A DNA stretch of 62,366 nucleotides, filler included. It is 4 parts of 4 records of this genome, joined end to end, with 100 filler letters (N's around TTAATTAATTAA, not from the genome) between each part and the next. Parts side by side here need not be neighbours in the genome. Positions count along the whole stretch, not along the records: positions 1 to 31,345 come from SRR22947725_3625; 3 more parts are not named here. One strand, written 5' to 3'. The notes beneath the pieces are model-generated. The model did not search any database, had not been told where the DNA came from, and worked only from the letters and a program-made list of their open reading frames with translations. Shown here one piece after another: positions 9,754 to 19,573 of this stretch (position 1 is its first letter; every line of letters begins with the position of its first letter). Position numbers and translations under genes: made by a program.

Positions 9754-11628
9754 CTATGAAGATTGGCGGCTGTCAAACCAGATTTTGATCCCCAATAGCG
9801 TCCATAAATGACTCGATGCGACATGTGAGCCACGCTGTGCCAAGTCACGAACCCACGCTCGAACGGTCTCGGTTTTTAGCCCGATTGCCGCATGAAACTC
9901 TTCGTCCATGGCGCTGTGAAGATATGGTTGTAATGGTCCGTCCAGCCATTCTTTGACCGGCAAATCGAAACCCCGCTTCTTTTGTTCAAGAACGTGATCC
10001 GGCAGATCATCTTGAAATATTTCACGAAGGATCACCTTGCCTTGCTTCATGCTAACTTTTTTATGACCCGGCACGGAAAAGACATCTGCAATGACTGACT
10101 GGTCGAGAAATGGCGAGCGCACTTCAACTCCCAAATCCATGCTTGTTCGATCGACTTTTACCATCATCTGGTTGGGTATGGTCAGCGCAATTTCGAGTGC
10201 CAGCATGGTGTTGATTGGGTCCAGCCCACGTTTTTCCAACCCCAGTTCTGCTACTTTTTTGGCAAATTCAGATTTGTGATCAAGGCCGTTAGTGAAATTG
10301 CTCGCAACAAGGTCATCGTTTGTAAGCCAGTGATGACATCCACTGGCAGCGTTGCCAACTGTCATCAAATAGCGTCTTGCGATCCTGAGATGTTCCATAT
10401 GCCATGAATCTCGCCTATCCGGGATAATTTGACCAAACAGTTTTGCTAGGGGTCTTGTGATGGGATTGTTTAGCAATGGCGATTGTGAGATAACATGGCC
10501 CCGATGGCGCCTGTATCCGCCAAAAAGCTCGTCAGCGCCGTCCCCAGTCAAGCAAACTTTATAGGATTGTAACACTTTACTAAAAATATGATGATTAAGG
10601 ATCGCCGCCGGATCAGCCAATGGTTCATCCAAAATGGTCGCAAATAAGGGGGTGATGACGTCCAGAATGGCATCTTCATCCAGCCGTATCTCGTGGTGGT
10701 TGCTACCAATGATGTTTGCTGTTTTGCGTGCAATGGCAGATTCGTCGAATTGTTGGCTATTTTTATGGCTGGAAATGGCAAGCGTGAAGCTGTCTAGCTT
10801 TTGCTTGCGCGCTGCAATCATGGCGACAATTGATGAGTCAATTCCGCCCGACAGCAAACAACTAACCGGCACATCGGCAGTCAAGCGTGCGTCAACAGCT
10901 CGCTCTATGGAGGATTTTATAATCTGTTTTGTTGCTGGAGCGGTTCGTTGGCCTGACTTACCTGCAACGCCAAGATTTGCCCATTCGTATATGTGAATGC
11001 CGTCGCTGTTAAACATCAAACAGTGACCACGCTCCAGCTTAAAAATATTTGTCAGAGCCGTTAGGGGCTCAGGAATGTATTTGAGGTAAAAAAGCCATTG
11101 AATGGCTTCTGGTTGGATGCGTTCCTTTTGTGTTATCGCCTCGATCGCGTCTAGCCGCGAGCCAAAAGCAATTCCATCCTGCCAGTGGCGCCAATAGAGC
11201 GGTTTTTTACCAACGTTATCGCGGCAGATATATGTGGTTTTTTTCTGCTTGTCATATATTGCGAATGAGAAAAAGCCATTAAGGTTTTGCAACGCCCCTT
11301 CGCCCCAATAATGCCATGCTTTTATCAGAACCTCTGTATCGCTTGACGAGACAAAGTCGTAGCCAGCTTTGCGAAGCGTTTCACGCAGTTCTTTGTAGTT
11401 GTAAATTATGCCGTTAAACGTGATAAAGAGATGTTCGAATTGATAGGGTTGGTTGCCGTTATCGGAAAGGTCAATGATTGATAACCGCGCGTGCGCGAAC
11501 CAAGTATCCTCGGTAATTTGCAGGTTTTGACTGTGGTCCGGCCCTCGGCGCGCAATTTTGGCAATTGCATCTGTTGCCTGCTCAGGCGTTGGCGGGTGAG
11601 CATGTACAAGGCCTAAAATACCGCACAT
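9754..11628 (-). CDS. asnB: Asparagine synthase-like glutamine-dependent amidotransferase (glycan amidation)
   Basis: N-terminal MCGI, RGPD, HARLSIID, SDTEV, LSGGIDSS, TGDGADELFGGY and RSPFLD. Confidence 0.9.
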   Translation of the reverse strand: MCGILGLVHAHPPTPEQATDAIAKIARRGPDHSQNLQITEDTWFAHARLSIIDLSDNGNQPYQFEHLFITFNGIIYNYKELRETLRKAGYDFVSSSDTEVLIKAWHYWGEGALQNLNGFFSFAIYDKQKKTTYICRDNVGKKPLYWRHWQDGIAFGSRLDAIEAITQKERIQPEAIQWLFYLKYIPEPLTALTNIFKLERGHCLMFNSDGIHIYEWANLGVAGKSGQRTAPATKQIIKSSIERAVDARLTADVPVSCLLSGGIDSSIVAMIAARKQKLDSFTLAISSHKNSQQFDESAIARKTANIIGSNHHEIRLDEDAILDVITPLFATILDEPLADPAAILNHHIFSKVLQSYKVCLTGDGADELFGGYRRHRGHVISQSPLLNNPITRPLAKLFGQIIPDRRDSWHMEHLRIARRYLMTVGNAASGCHHWLTNDDLVASNFTNGLDHKSEFAKKVAELGLEKRGLDPINTMLALEIALTIPNQMMVKVDRTSMDLGVEVRSPFLDQSVIADVFSVPGHKKVSMKQGKVILREIFQDDLPDHVLEQKKRGFDLPVKEWLDGPLQPYLHSAMDEEFHAAIGLKTETVRAWVRDLAQRGSHVASSHLWTLLGIKIWFDSRQSS

Positions 11629-11796
11629 TTGAGATTTTACCTAGCTTTGAGAAGACTGAGGGGCATGAAGCGTCATGAATGTGAATAGTTTGCCCTCTTG
11701 TATCAAGAAGCAATATTTTAAAACAAACCTATCGAATGATCTAGGTTAGAAACGTTAGTCACTAACTGCGATAACGAATAGTGGATCGATGCTACA

Positions 11797-13071
11797 ATGT
11801 TCTCAATTACCAAAAAATATGCAAGGAATCTTTATTGGCAAGTGTCTGGGAGCGCACTTGCACAGATCATCAACATTGTCACGATGCCTATTATTACGCG
11901 GCTTTATTCGCCAACAGATTTAGGGACTCTCGGGCTTTTTATGCAATATCTGGGGCTTTTTGCGATATTGATTTCATTCAGGTTCGAGCAATTGATTGTT
12001 TTGCCCGCAAAGGATGACGATGCACAAAAGCTGACCAAACTGGTGTTAAAGATGGGGCTATTGACCTGCATTTTGTGGACAATTATCTGCGCTCTGCTGC
12101 TAAACGTTCCTGCAATCCCTGAATATTATTACCCTTGGGTGATGTCCCTTCCATTGGCAGCCTTTCTGATTGTCGCCGCTCAGGGGCTTCAACAGCTCGA
12201 TCAACGCGGTGGAAATTTCAAATTCTCCGGGCTATCGGAGTTCGTGAACCGGTCGGTCAACAGCAGTGTTGCATTGTTAGGCGGGGTGCTGTCACTTGGT
12301 GGATTATGGTTGTGGATCGCCGTCTTGGCGGGGCAGCTTGGCAAGGCTCTCATGTTCCATCGTCACTTTCATATAACATCAGGGCCGTTTATGGGGGATT
12401 TACGGGACGGGGTAACGCGGGCGAAAAGTCTGGGGCTCTTGCGCTTGAACGGATCGCTAATTTCTTCGCATGCTATGTTAGCCGTTACGGCAATCGTCCC
12501 CCTTTCATTTGTTGCGATTCATTGGAGCGGTGCGGATGCTGGTTACCTATCGCTGGTCATGTCTACCCTTGCCCTGCCAACTGCCTTGATGGGTAACGCT
12601 GTTGGTCAGGTGTTTTATCAGCAGGCGTCGCAACAGTTTTCAAAGGGTCAGTCATTTTTTGGACTGTTGATTTCCAGCGCAAAACTACTGCTGCTGCTAG
12701 GCAGTGGTGGCTTTTTGTTTGTCTTCCTTTTTGGGCCGCAGCTATACACGATTGTTTTTGGTGATAGCTGGACGCAGGCTGGCGTAATCGCAAGCTATTT
12801 CAGCGTCGCTGCGGCTCTATCATTTTTAACAACGCCATTTGATCGCGCCGGCATTATCGTCAATGCTTGGTGGTATGGGCCAAGTTGGCATTTTGTGCGG
12901 TTAGCGACCACCATTGTAATTGTCGGTGTTGCCTGGTTGCTAGATATGGAATTTGAGGCATTTATTCTTCTTTATGTTTTGCAATTGTCAGTAATGTACG
13001 TGATTGATGCCATCGCCAGCCTCTGCTTTTCAAGACGCACAAGGCCCTTTGGGGCGAGTAAGAAAAATTAA
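11797..13071 (+). CDS. wzx: Wzx-type oligosaccharide flippase
   Basis: Many hydrophobic segments; GSALAQ...PIITRLYSP N-terminal pattern and GNAVGQVFYQ. Confidence 0.8.
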   Translation: MFSITKKYARNLYWQVSGSALAQIINIVTMPIITRLYSPTDLGTLGLFMQYLGLFAILISFRFEQLIVLPAKDDDAQKLTKLVLKMGLLTCILWTIICALLLNVPAIPEYYYPWVMSLPLAAFLIVAAQGLQQLDQRGGNFKFSGLSEFVNRSVNSSVALLGGVLSLGGLWLWIAVLAGQLGKALMFHRHFHITSGPFMGDLRDGVTRAKSLGLLRLNGSLISSHAMLAVTAIVPLSFVAIHWSGADAGYLSLVMSTLALPTALMGNAVGQVFYQQASQQFSKGQSFFGLLISSAKLLLLLGSGGFLFVFLFGPQLYTIVFGDSWTQAGVIASYFSVAAALSFLTTPFDRAGIIVNAWWYGPSWHFVRLATTIVIVGVAWLLDMEFEAFILLYVLQLSVMYVIDAIASLCFSRRTRPFGASKKN

Positions 13072-14364
13072 GTGAATGTTATGGGGGAAAACCTGACAAA
13101 AGCGATAGAAATCGATTTGGGGCTGCCGGATGAAGGCGTCGATCTGGCTGGTTTTTATCCACCAAGAATGTGGGATGGATCTGGTTGTGGACTAAAGGCA
13201 AGCCTGTTGGTGAGTGATCTAACTGATGGGCAAAAGTTGGTTTTTGGTTCCATTGATGCGTTGTTTATTGATGGCCAATTCCACGACGCATTGGCTAACA
13301 GGCTGGGTAAAAAATATCATCTGAATATCATTGCTTCGCACACGCATAATGCGCCAGCTTTGGCAAAATCGCTGCCAAAACTTGGCAAGTTATCAGCTGC
13401 GTGGTTTGACAATGTCGTGGCCCGCATCGCAGCTGGAATTATTGATGAGAGGGCTGTCAAACTAGCGCAGATTGGCTGTGGTAGCATTGCGACAGACCTT
13501 GTTATAAATCGCCGGCTAGATGCGTGGCAATTGGATTATCGGCGTTTGAAAAAGGGTAGACTTCGCTTGGTTCGAACAGTTGCTCTTGCCCCAAACCCAA
13601 ACGGCGAAGTGGATAATGAAATCAAAGCCATTTTCTTCAAATGCGCGATGGGTAAGGTGCGTGCAATTGTCTGGAGTCTTTCAGCTCATCCGGCTTTTGC
13701 ACCAGAATACGCGTCCATTTCGCCAGATTTCCCGGGGGTTGTAGGGGGGCTGCTCAAGAAGACATATGGTGACGATCTGATTTCTATTTTTCTGCCTGGT
13801 TTCGCGGGCTCTTCCATTCCCAAATGTCCGGCCCTTGAGCTGGGGGGGCAGTCATTTATGCAGGTATTAATTTCCCTTGCACCCTTTAACAAGTCTATTC
13901 CCGTTTTTGACCCCAATTCATATTGGCTATGGTCACGGAATGCAGCTAACTTCATCAAGGATATTGGTAGTGTTATTGTTTGGAAAGGACTGCATGACTT
14001 GCAACTTTATTATGAAAGAGGGCAGCCATTCAACGTTTTCAAGGATGGGTCTCTTGGCGACATTGGACTTTCAATCACGGCGATATCATTCGGGAATCAT
14101 GCAGCGATTATCACTATGAATGGTGAGCTTCTGTCGGAATGGTCAGCTTTGTTAAGTGTTCCCTCTAACCGTGAAGAATTGTGGATTATTTCAGGTTATG
14201 GCGCTGGTGACTGTCTTTACGTCCCCTCAGAAAGTGAAATTGCACGTGGTGGGTATGAGGTTGAACGGTTCCAGGAATTTTTTGGTCTGTCCGGACGCTT
14301 CATCAAGAACATTGATGCTACGATTAGAAAAAACCTCAAACTTGTAATTAACAAATTGGGCTAA
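13072..14364 (+). CDS. Neutral/alkaline ceramidase-like metallo-amidase (hypothetical)
   Basis: LAGF near the N-terminus, SIDAL, ASHTHNAP (HTH metal motif), SAHP, SPDFPG, GY...YVP and GGYE, in the order seen in ceramidase-superfamily proteins. Confidence 0.55.
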   Translation: MNVMGENLTKAIEIDLGLPDEGVDLAGFYPPRMWDGSGCGLKASLLVSDLTDGQKLVFGSIDALFIDGQFHDALANRLGKKYHLNIIASHTHNAPALAKSLPKLGKLSAAWFDNVVARIAAGIIDERAVKLAQIGCGSIATDLVINRRLDAWQLDYRRLKKGRLRLVRTVALAPNPNGEVDNEIKAIFFKCAMGKVRAIVWSLSAHPAFAPEYASISPDFPGVVGGLLKKTYGDDLISIFLPGFAGSSIPKCPALELGGQSFMQVLISLAPFNKSIPVFDPNSYWLWSRNAANFIKDIGSVIVWKGLHDLQLYYERGQPFNVFKDGSLGDIGLSITAISFGNHAAIITMNGELLSEWSALLSVPSNREELWIISGYGAGDCLYVPSESEIARGGYEVERFQEFFGLSGRFIKNIDATIRKNLKLVINKLG

Positions 14365-14401
14365 CAATCCTCCAAAGCGGCAATAAATTGAGATTAAAGA
14401 C

Positions 14402-16234
14402 ATGTGTGGAATTGCCGGAATAGTGCAGTTAAAGGGCGACTTGAAAAGCCTCAATCGCATCGACGAGATGGCGGCACTTGTTGCCCATCGCGGGCCTGAT
14501 GGTCAGGGATCGGTGATCGTAGGTAATGTGGCACTTGGGCACAGGCGGCTAGCAATCATTGACCTTAGTGATCAAGGTGCGCAGCCTATGTCAAGCCCGG
14601 ATGGACAATTGTATATCACCTATAACGGAGAAATCTATAATTTCCTCGAATTGCGAGAGGAGCTTATAGCGCATGGATATAAGTTTGCAGGCAACTCCGA
14701 TACTGAAGTGTTGTTGAACGCCTACCGACAATGGGGTGAGCATTGTGTAGATCGACTGAACGGCATGTGGTCATTCGCAATTCTTGATGTCAAGCGCAAC
14801 ATTGTTTTTTGTTCGAGGGATCGCTTCGGTGAGAAGCCATTTTATTATCATCAATCAGAGATGGCGTTCCTATTTGGCTCGGAAATTCGTCAATTACTGC
14901 CTGAACTTGATGAAGTGAGAGCCAATAAACCTCTTCTTGAAAGGTTCATTGTGGGAGGGACGGGTGAAGATGTCTTTGAGACGTTTTTCAGAGACATCTA
15001 CAAGCTCCCCGCTGGCCATAATCTAGTGTTTGATCTTACCAAAAGTCAGATGAAAATTTCCGCCTATTATGACTTAAAGAGACGCAAGTCCGGCGCATTA
15101 CGTAACTCCGACGACCTGCAAAATGAATTTAAGAGCCTTTTTCTGAACTCTACAAAATTACGGCTTCGTTCGGATGTTGTTGTCGGAACCTGCCTCAGCG
15201 GTGGGCTTGACAGCTCGTCAATTGCATCTGTTGCGGCGGCGCAGACTTCCCAATTAACATCAAAACCATTCAAGGCAATTACGGCCGCGTCCACTGACCC
15301 GGAAAGAGATGAGTCTGGTTTTGCCAAGATTGTTGCCGAGGCCAATACTTTGGATTTGCAAGTGATTAAGCCTGATTATCATCGATTTAAAACTGTCACG
15401 CGAGAGGTCGTGCGTGCTCAGGAAGAGCCCTTTGGTTCGGCATCCATAATTATGCAGTTTGAGGTCATGAGGGCTGCTGCAAAGCATGGCATTAAAGTTC
15501 TGCTGGATGGTCAGGGCGCAGACGAAATTCTGCTTGGATATGATCGATATTTTGCGCCTTACCTGCGCCAGATGCAACGAGAACAAGGGCCCCTTTACGC
15601 TTACAAACAGGCTAGGCGTATTGCCAATAACAATGCCGCTGTTTCGTTATTTGGGTTAGTAAAGTATTATCTGTATTTCAACTTTGCATTTATCAGAAAG
15701 TTAAAGGTCAGAGCAAAATTTCGTCATTTAGTAGGAAAGCTTGCGTCAGGTGAAGACATAAATAGATATGCCGCAAGTAGTATGAATTTCTTTGATCTTC
15801 AAAAGTATGAATTGACTGTTTCTAATCTTCCTTCCTTACTTCGCTTCGAAGATAAAAATTCAATGTGGCATTCGGTTGAGACCAGATTGCCCTTTCTTGA
15901 TTACCGGCTTGTTGAATTTTGCTACAATTTGCCTGTTGATGCCAAAATATCAGATGGGTGGACCAAGCGTATTTTGAGATCCTCGATGATGGATATATTG
16001 CCCAAAGCTATTGTTTGGAGGGTCAACAAATTTGGTTTTGAGGCGCCTCAATCTGACTGGGTTGAACGTCACCAAACCAAAATGTTGTCTACGATTAAGG
16101 CGTCAAAGCTTTTAAAAATGTTCCTTAGGGATGAACAGAGTGTTAACAAAATTTCTAAAAACCAGGATGTTATGTGGAAGCTCTATATCATTGCATTGTG
16201 GGAAGAAGAATTTAACGTCAGTAGTGCGATATGA
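14402..16234 (+). CDS. asnB: Asparagine synthase-like amidotransferase (WbpS-like)
   Basis: MCGIAG, HRGPD, GHRRLAIID, LSGGLDSS, DGQGADE, LLRFEDKNSM and RLPFLD. Confidence 0.92.
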   Translation: MCGIAGIVQLKGDLKSLNRIDEMAALVAHRGPDGQGSVIVGNVALGHRRLAIIDLSDQGAQPMSSPDGQLYITYNGEIYNFLELREELIAHGYKFAGNSDTEVLLNAYRQWGEHCVDRLNGMWSFAILDVKRNIVFCSRDRFGEKPFYYHQSEMAFLFGSEIRQLLPELDEVRANKPLLERFIVGGTGEDVFETFFRDIYKLPAGHNLVFDLTKSQMKISAYYDLKRRKSGALRNSDDLQNEFKSLFLNSTKLRLRSDVVVGTCLSGGLDSSSIASVAAAQTSQLTSKPFKAITAASTDPERDESGFAKIVAEANTLDLQVIKPDYHRFKTVTREVVRAQEEPFGSASIIMQFEVMRAAAKHGIKVLLDGQGADEILLGYDRYFAPYLRQMQREQGPLYAYKQARRIANNNAAVSLFGLVKYYLYFNFAFIRKLKVRAKFRHLVGKLASGEDINRYAASSMNFFDLQKYELTVSNLPSLLRFEDKNSMWHSVETRLPFLDYRLVEFCYNLPVDAKISDGWTKRILRSSMMDILPKAIVWRVNKFGFEAPQSDWVERHQTKMLSTIKASKLLKMFLRDEQSVNKISKNQDVMWKLYIIALWEEEFNVSSAI

Positions 16235-17400
16235 ATGTTAAATGTGAAAACCTGAGGCGAACTCAGAGTAAAATAGATGTATGTCACCTTACCTCTGCGC
16301 ACGACAGGGCAGACACGCGCATCTTTCACAAGCTCTGTATGTCACTACAAAAACATGGTTACAATGTTGCTTTGATTGTGGCTGACGGAAAGCTGGATGA
16401 GGACATGTCTGGGGTTAGGATTATCGGTGTGGAAAAACAGTCGTCACGTGTCTTGCGGATGTTGGTTACGCCCTTTCGTGTCTTTAGTAGAGCGCGCAAA
16501 ATGCATGCAAAGATTTTTCATTTTCATGACCCTGAGTTGCTTTTAATTGGCTGGCTTTTGAGGGTGTTTTGCGGCGCGCAGGTGGTGTATGATGCACATG
16601 AGGATTTGCGAAAAACTATTCTTGCAAAGACATATATTCCAAAACGATTTCGTTTGTTTGTTGCGGTCATCTCGGACATTGTCGAAAAGAGCATGGCTGC
16701 AAGATTAAACGCTGTCGTTGCCGCCACACCTCACATAAAATCAAATTTTGATATGTACAACCAGCGCAGCATAAGTGTTTGTAACTACCCTCTTATGGAA
16801 GTTCGGTCAAAGCCTTCTAGGCGCAGTGAAAGCTCACCAAAAAGAGTCGCATATGTTGGTAATTTGGGTGTTAATCGGGGTGTTTTTGAAATGGTTTCCG
16901 CGCTAGAGCTCTGCCACAATCACATATGCCTTGATGTCTGTGGTAGTTTTTTGGAGAAGAACACTGAACGATCTGTGATGGAGCAACCCGGTTGGGCTAA
17001 TGTCAAGTTTCACGGTTGGGTTGGTGTATCCGAAATAGGAGATATTCTCAGCCGATCATCGGCAGGTATTGTGACCTTGAAAGCTACCCCAAATTATCTG
17101 TATTCGCTTCCGGTAAAGATGTTTGAATATATGCAAGCAGGGATACCTGTTATTGCGTCTGACTTTCCTGAATGGCGCCCGATAATTCAAAAATACGAAT
17201 GTGGTATATTGGTAAACCCTGAAGATCCGAGGTCGATAGCGAAGGCAATCGATTTTATTATTGACAACCCAAATCTGGCCAAGAAAATGGGCAAGAATGG
17301 TAAAAAAGCAATCGCACAAAAATTTAACTGGGCTATGGAGGAGCAGAAGCTTTTCTCTCTCTATGAACAGTTAATCAAAGATTTTGCATGCCCATCGTGA
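16231..17400 (+). CDS. Glycosyltransferase family 4
   Basis: HLTSAH..DTRIF, HFHDPEL, YDAHED and PVKMFEYMQAGIPVIASDFP. Confidence 0.9.
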   Translation: MNVKCENLRRTQSKIDVCHLTSAHDRADTRIFHKLCMSLQKHGYNVALIVADGKLDEDMSGVRIIGVEKQSSRVLRMLVTPFRVFSRARKMHAKIFHFHDPELLLIGWLLRVFCGAQVVYDAHEDLRKTILAKTYIPKRFRLFVAVISDIVEKSMAARLNAVVAATPHIKSNFDMYNQRSISVCNYPLMEVRSKPSRRSESSPKRVAYVGNLGVNRGVFEMVSALELCHNHICLDVCGSFLEKNTERSVMEQPGWANVKFHGWVGVSEIGDILSRSSAGIVTLKATPNYLYSLPVKMFEYMQAGIPVIASDFPEWRPIIQKYECGILVNPEDPRSIAKAIDFIIDNPNLAKKMGKNGKKAIAQKFNWAMEEQKLFSLYEQLIKDFACPS

Positions 17401-18695
17401 AAAACAGCTCCTTCATTATATTGTCCAACGCTGTTCGCAACGCCGCCAAACCGCTGCAAAAATCAGTCTCTATAGATGATGTTGCCAATGTTTCGCTGTT
17501 TCTGATTTACCCGGGGCTGTTTTTTTACCAAAGCGCGATTGGTGCGCTTTGGATTGAGCCCATTTTTTATGGTGGTTGGGGCATTTTAATGCTCTTACTG
17601 TGCCCGCTTTTGTCGCTTTGTTATCTGGTCAGGTTCATACTTGACAGGCCGTATATTTATAAATTGGAATACATTTTTATCGGGTTTTTACTTTTTATAT
17701 CAGTTGTCTCTATTTATTTTTACATGAAGGGAATTCCACAAGAATTCGTTGGAGATTTGTTGTATTGGAACCTTGGTGGCGTTATCTCCAATCTCACATG
17801 TTTTCTCGCTTTCCGGCTGGCTAATGTTGAAAAATTATCATTTAAGATTCTAATGGGGTTTTCGGCGTTTTGTATGATGCTGATTGTGTTATTCAACACC
17901 GATTTTGAACAGCTTTTTTTCGGCTTTAGAAAAACCCAGTATCTTTTTTCGTATCAGGGCTTTGCCCGATCGATGCTGGTCGTGTTTCTCATTACGTGCT
18001 TCTCGCTTAGAAGTGGATTGCTGGCTTTTCTATGTTATTGTGTTTTTGCCTTCGCATTGGTCATCAACCAATCTCGTTCAGAAATAATACTATTTGTTTG
18101 CGCCATTCCAGCAACCTTGATTATCGTGCATCGGTTTTTTCAAAATATGAAGCTCTTGCATTTGTTCTATGTTGGTGTTGCTTTGTTTGGTTTCGTGTTT
18201 TTGGGTATCATGTTCGAAAGGTTTGGAATATTTGACGGTTTGCCCTATTTGCGGATATTGGCGTTGGTCGAGCCGATGGCTGATGAAAGTTTAAATCGAC
18301 GTATATTCCAGACTATGTCCGCGTTGCAAACGATTAGGGAAGCCCCATTCTTTGGCAGTTATGGTTCCTATGTCAATGCTGGTTCGATTGGCGATTATAG
18401 CCATAACTTTCTCAGTCTTTGGGTGAATGCAGGGCTGATCGGGGTCCTGTTTTATCTTATCTTGTTCACCATGATTCTCTGGGAAGTTTTTAAGGTAAAA
18501 TTAACATCACAGAATTACACCCTCATTTGCCTTTCTGGGGCGTTAGGTCTGTCTGCCATCGTTGCACATCTTACTACATACCCGTATATAGAGGTGTTGC
18601 TGGCGGCGGCAATTGGTTCGATTGCCAAGATGAAAGAAATGACAGATCGTGGCCAATCAACGCCGGTTAAAGGCGAGGGGCTAGGCGAATCGTGA
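17388..18695 (+). CDS. O-antigen polymerase/ligase family (Wzy/WaaL-like) membrane protein
   Basis: About 11-12 hydrophobic segments, SRS loop, SLNRR, PFFG and YSHN..L...AGLIG (Wzy_C-like). Confidence 0.75.
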   Translation: MPIVKNSSFIILSNAVRNAAKPLQKSVSIDDVANVSLFLIYPGLFFYQSAIGALWIEPIFYGGWGILMLLLCPLLSLCYLVRFILDRPYIYKLEYIFIGFLLFISVVSIYFYMKGIPQEFVGDLLYWNLGGVISNLTCFLAFRLANVEKLSFKILMGFSAFCMMLIVLFNTDFEQLFFGFRKTQYLFSYQGFARSMLVVFLITCFSLRSGLLAFLCYCVFAFALVINQSRSEIILFVCAIPATLIIVHRFFQNMKLLHLFYVGVALFGFVFLGIMFERFGIFDGLPYLRILALVEPMADESLNRRIFQTMSALQTIREAPFFGSYGSYVNAGSIGDYSHNFLSLWVNAGLIGVLFYLILFTMILWEVFKVKLTSQNYTLICLSGALGLSAIVAHLTTYPYIEVLLAAAIGSIAKMKEMTDRGQSTPVKGEGLGES

Positions 18696-19573
18696 AACTT
18701 TCGAAACGAGACATTCAAGGTCAGTTAAAGGCACTCGGTGTTGCTGAGGGTGATGTGATATTTGTGTCGTCAGATTTGATGAAGGTTGGATATTTCAACG
18801 TGAACCGCGCGCAGACGATACGCGATTGGATAGATATTTTTGCACAGTTACTCGGCCCATCTGGAACGATTATCCTGCCTACTTATAGTGATGTTGCCCT
18901 CCGCTTTGGTCGCGCGCCCATTCCCATCTTCACCCAAGATTCTAAGAGCACGTCCGGAAGCCTAGCCAATGCTTACATCACGCTTGCATCTGATGCTATC
19001 CGAAGTTCTCATCCAATATATTCCTGTATTGCAGTTGGCCCACTGGCGATTGAATTGGAAAAACATACTGTGCAATCTAGGGCCTATGATCCATATGGCC
19101 TAGTTATTGAGCATGGTGGAAAAAACCTGATGTTAGGCACCATAGATGAAGTTAACTGTCCGATGCCATTTCACTTTGCACAACAAACCCTCGGCCACAC
19201 ACGCACCCACCCACTCAGAGGGGTTTTTAAGACTTCATACGTAAATGAAGCTGGTGAGATGATGGATCACATAATGCGTGAAATTGGGGGTTGTACGCGC
19301 GGTGTTCACAATTTATGGGGACGCCACCTTGCGCAAAATGCAGTTGTATTTGGTCAGGTGGGACGAAGCCTCAGCGGTTTGGTCGATGCAGCTAAATCCT
19401 TTAAAATTTGTGTTAATGTGCTTGAAAATCAGCCGGGATTAATCCGCTGTGACAACAAATTATGCCTGAGTTGTTATGGACGATACCATTACAATGGCGC
19501 AAATGTGTTAACCTTTTACCCGCGAAAAACATACCATATGATCTCGAAATTTTTGAAATTAAGGATCGGCTAG
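18692..19573 (+). CDS. AAC(3)-family N-acyltransferase
   Basis: LGVAEGDVIFVSSDL, GTIILPTY, RSSHP.YS..AVG and HFAQ, followed by a C-terminal CxxxxCxxC. Confidence 0.75.
   Translation: MKLSKRDIQGQLKALGVAEGDVIFVSSDLMKVGYFNVNRAQTIRDWIDIFAQLLGPSGTIILPTYSDVALRFGRAPIPIFTQDSKSTSGSLANAYITLASDAIRSSHPIYSCIAVGPLAIELEKHTVQSRAYDPYGLVIEHGGKNLMLGTIDEVNCPMPFHFAQQTLGHTRTHPLRGVFKTSYVNEAGEMMDHIMREIGGCTRGVHNLWGRHLAQNAVVFGQVGRSLSGLVDAAKSFKICVNVLENQPGLIRCDNKLCLSCYGRYHYNGANVLTFYPRKTYHMISKFLKLRIG

Noticed and set aside
18692-19573. Aminoglycoside resistance gene
   Set aside because: AAC(3) fold only; it is coupled to glycan biosynthesis genes with no mobile-element context.
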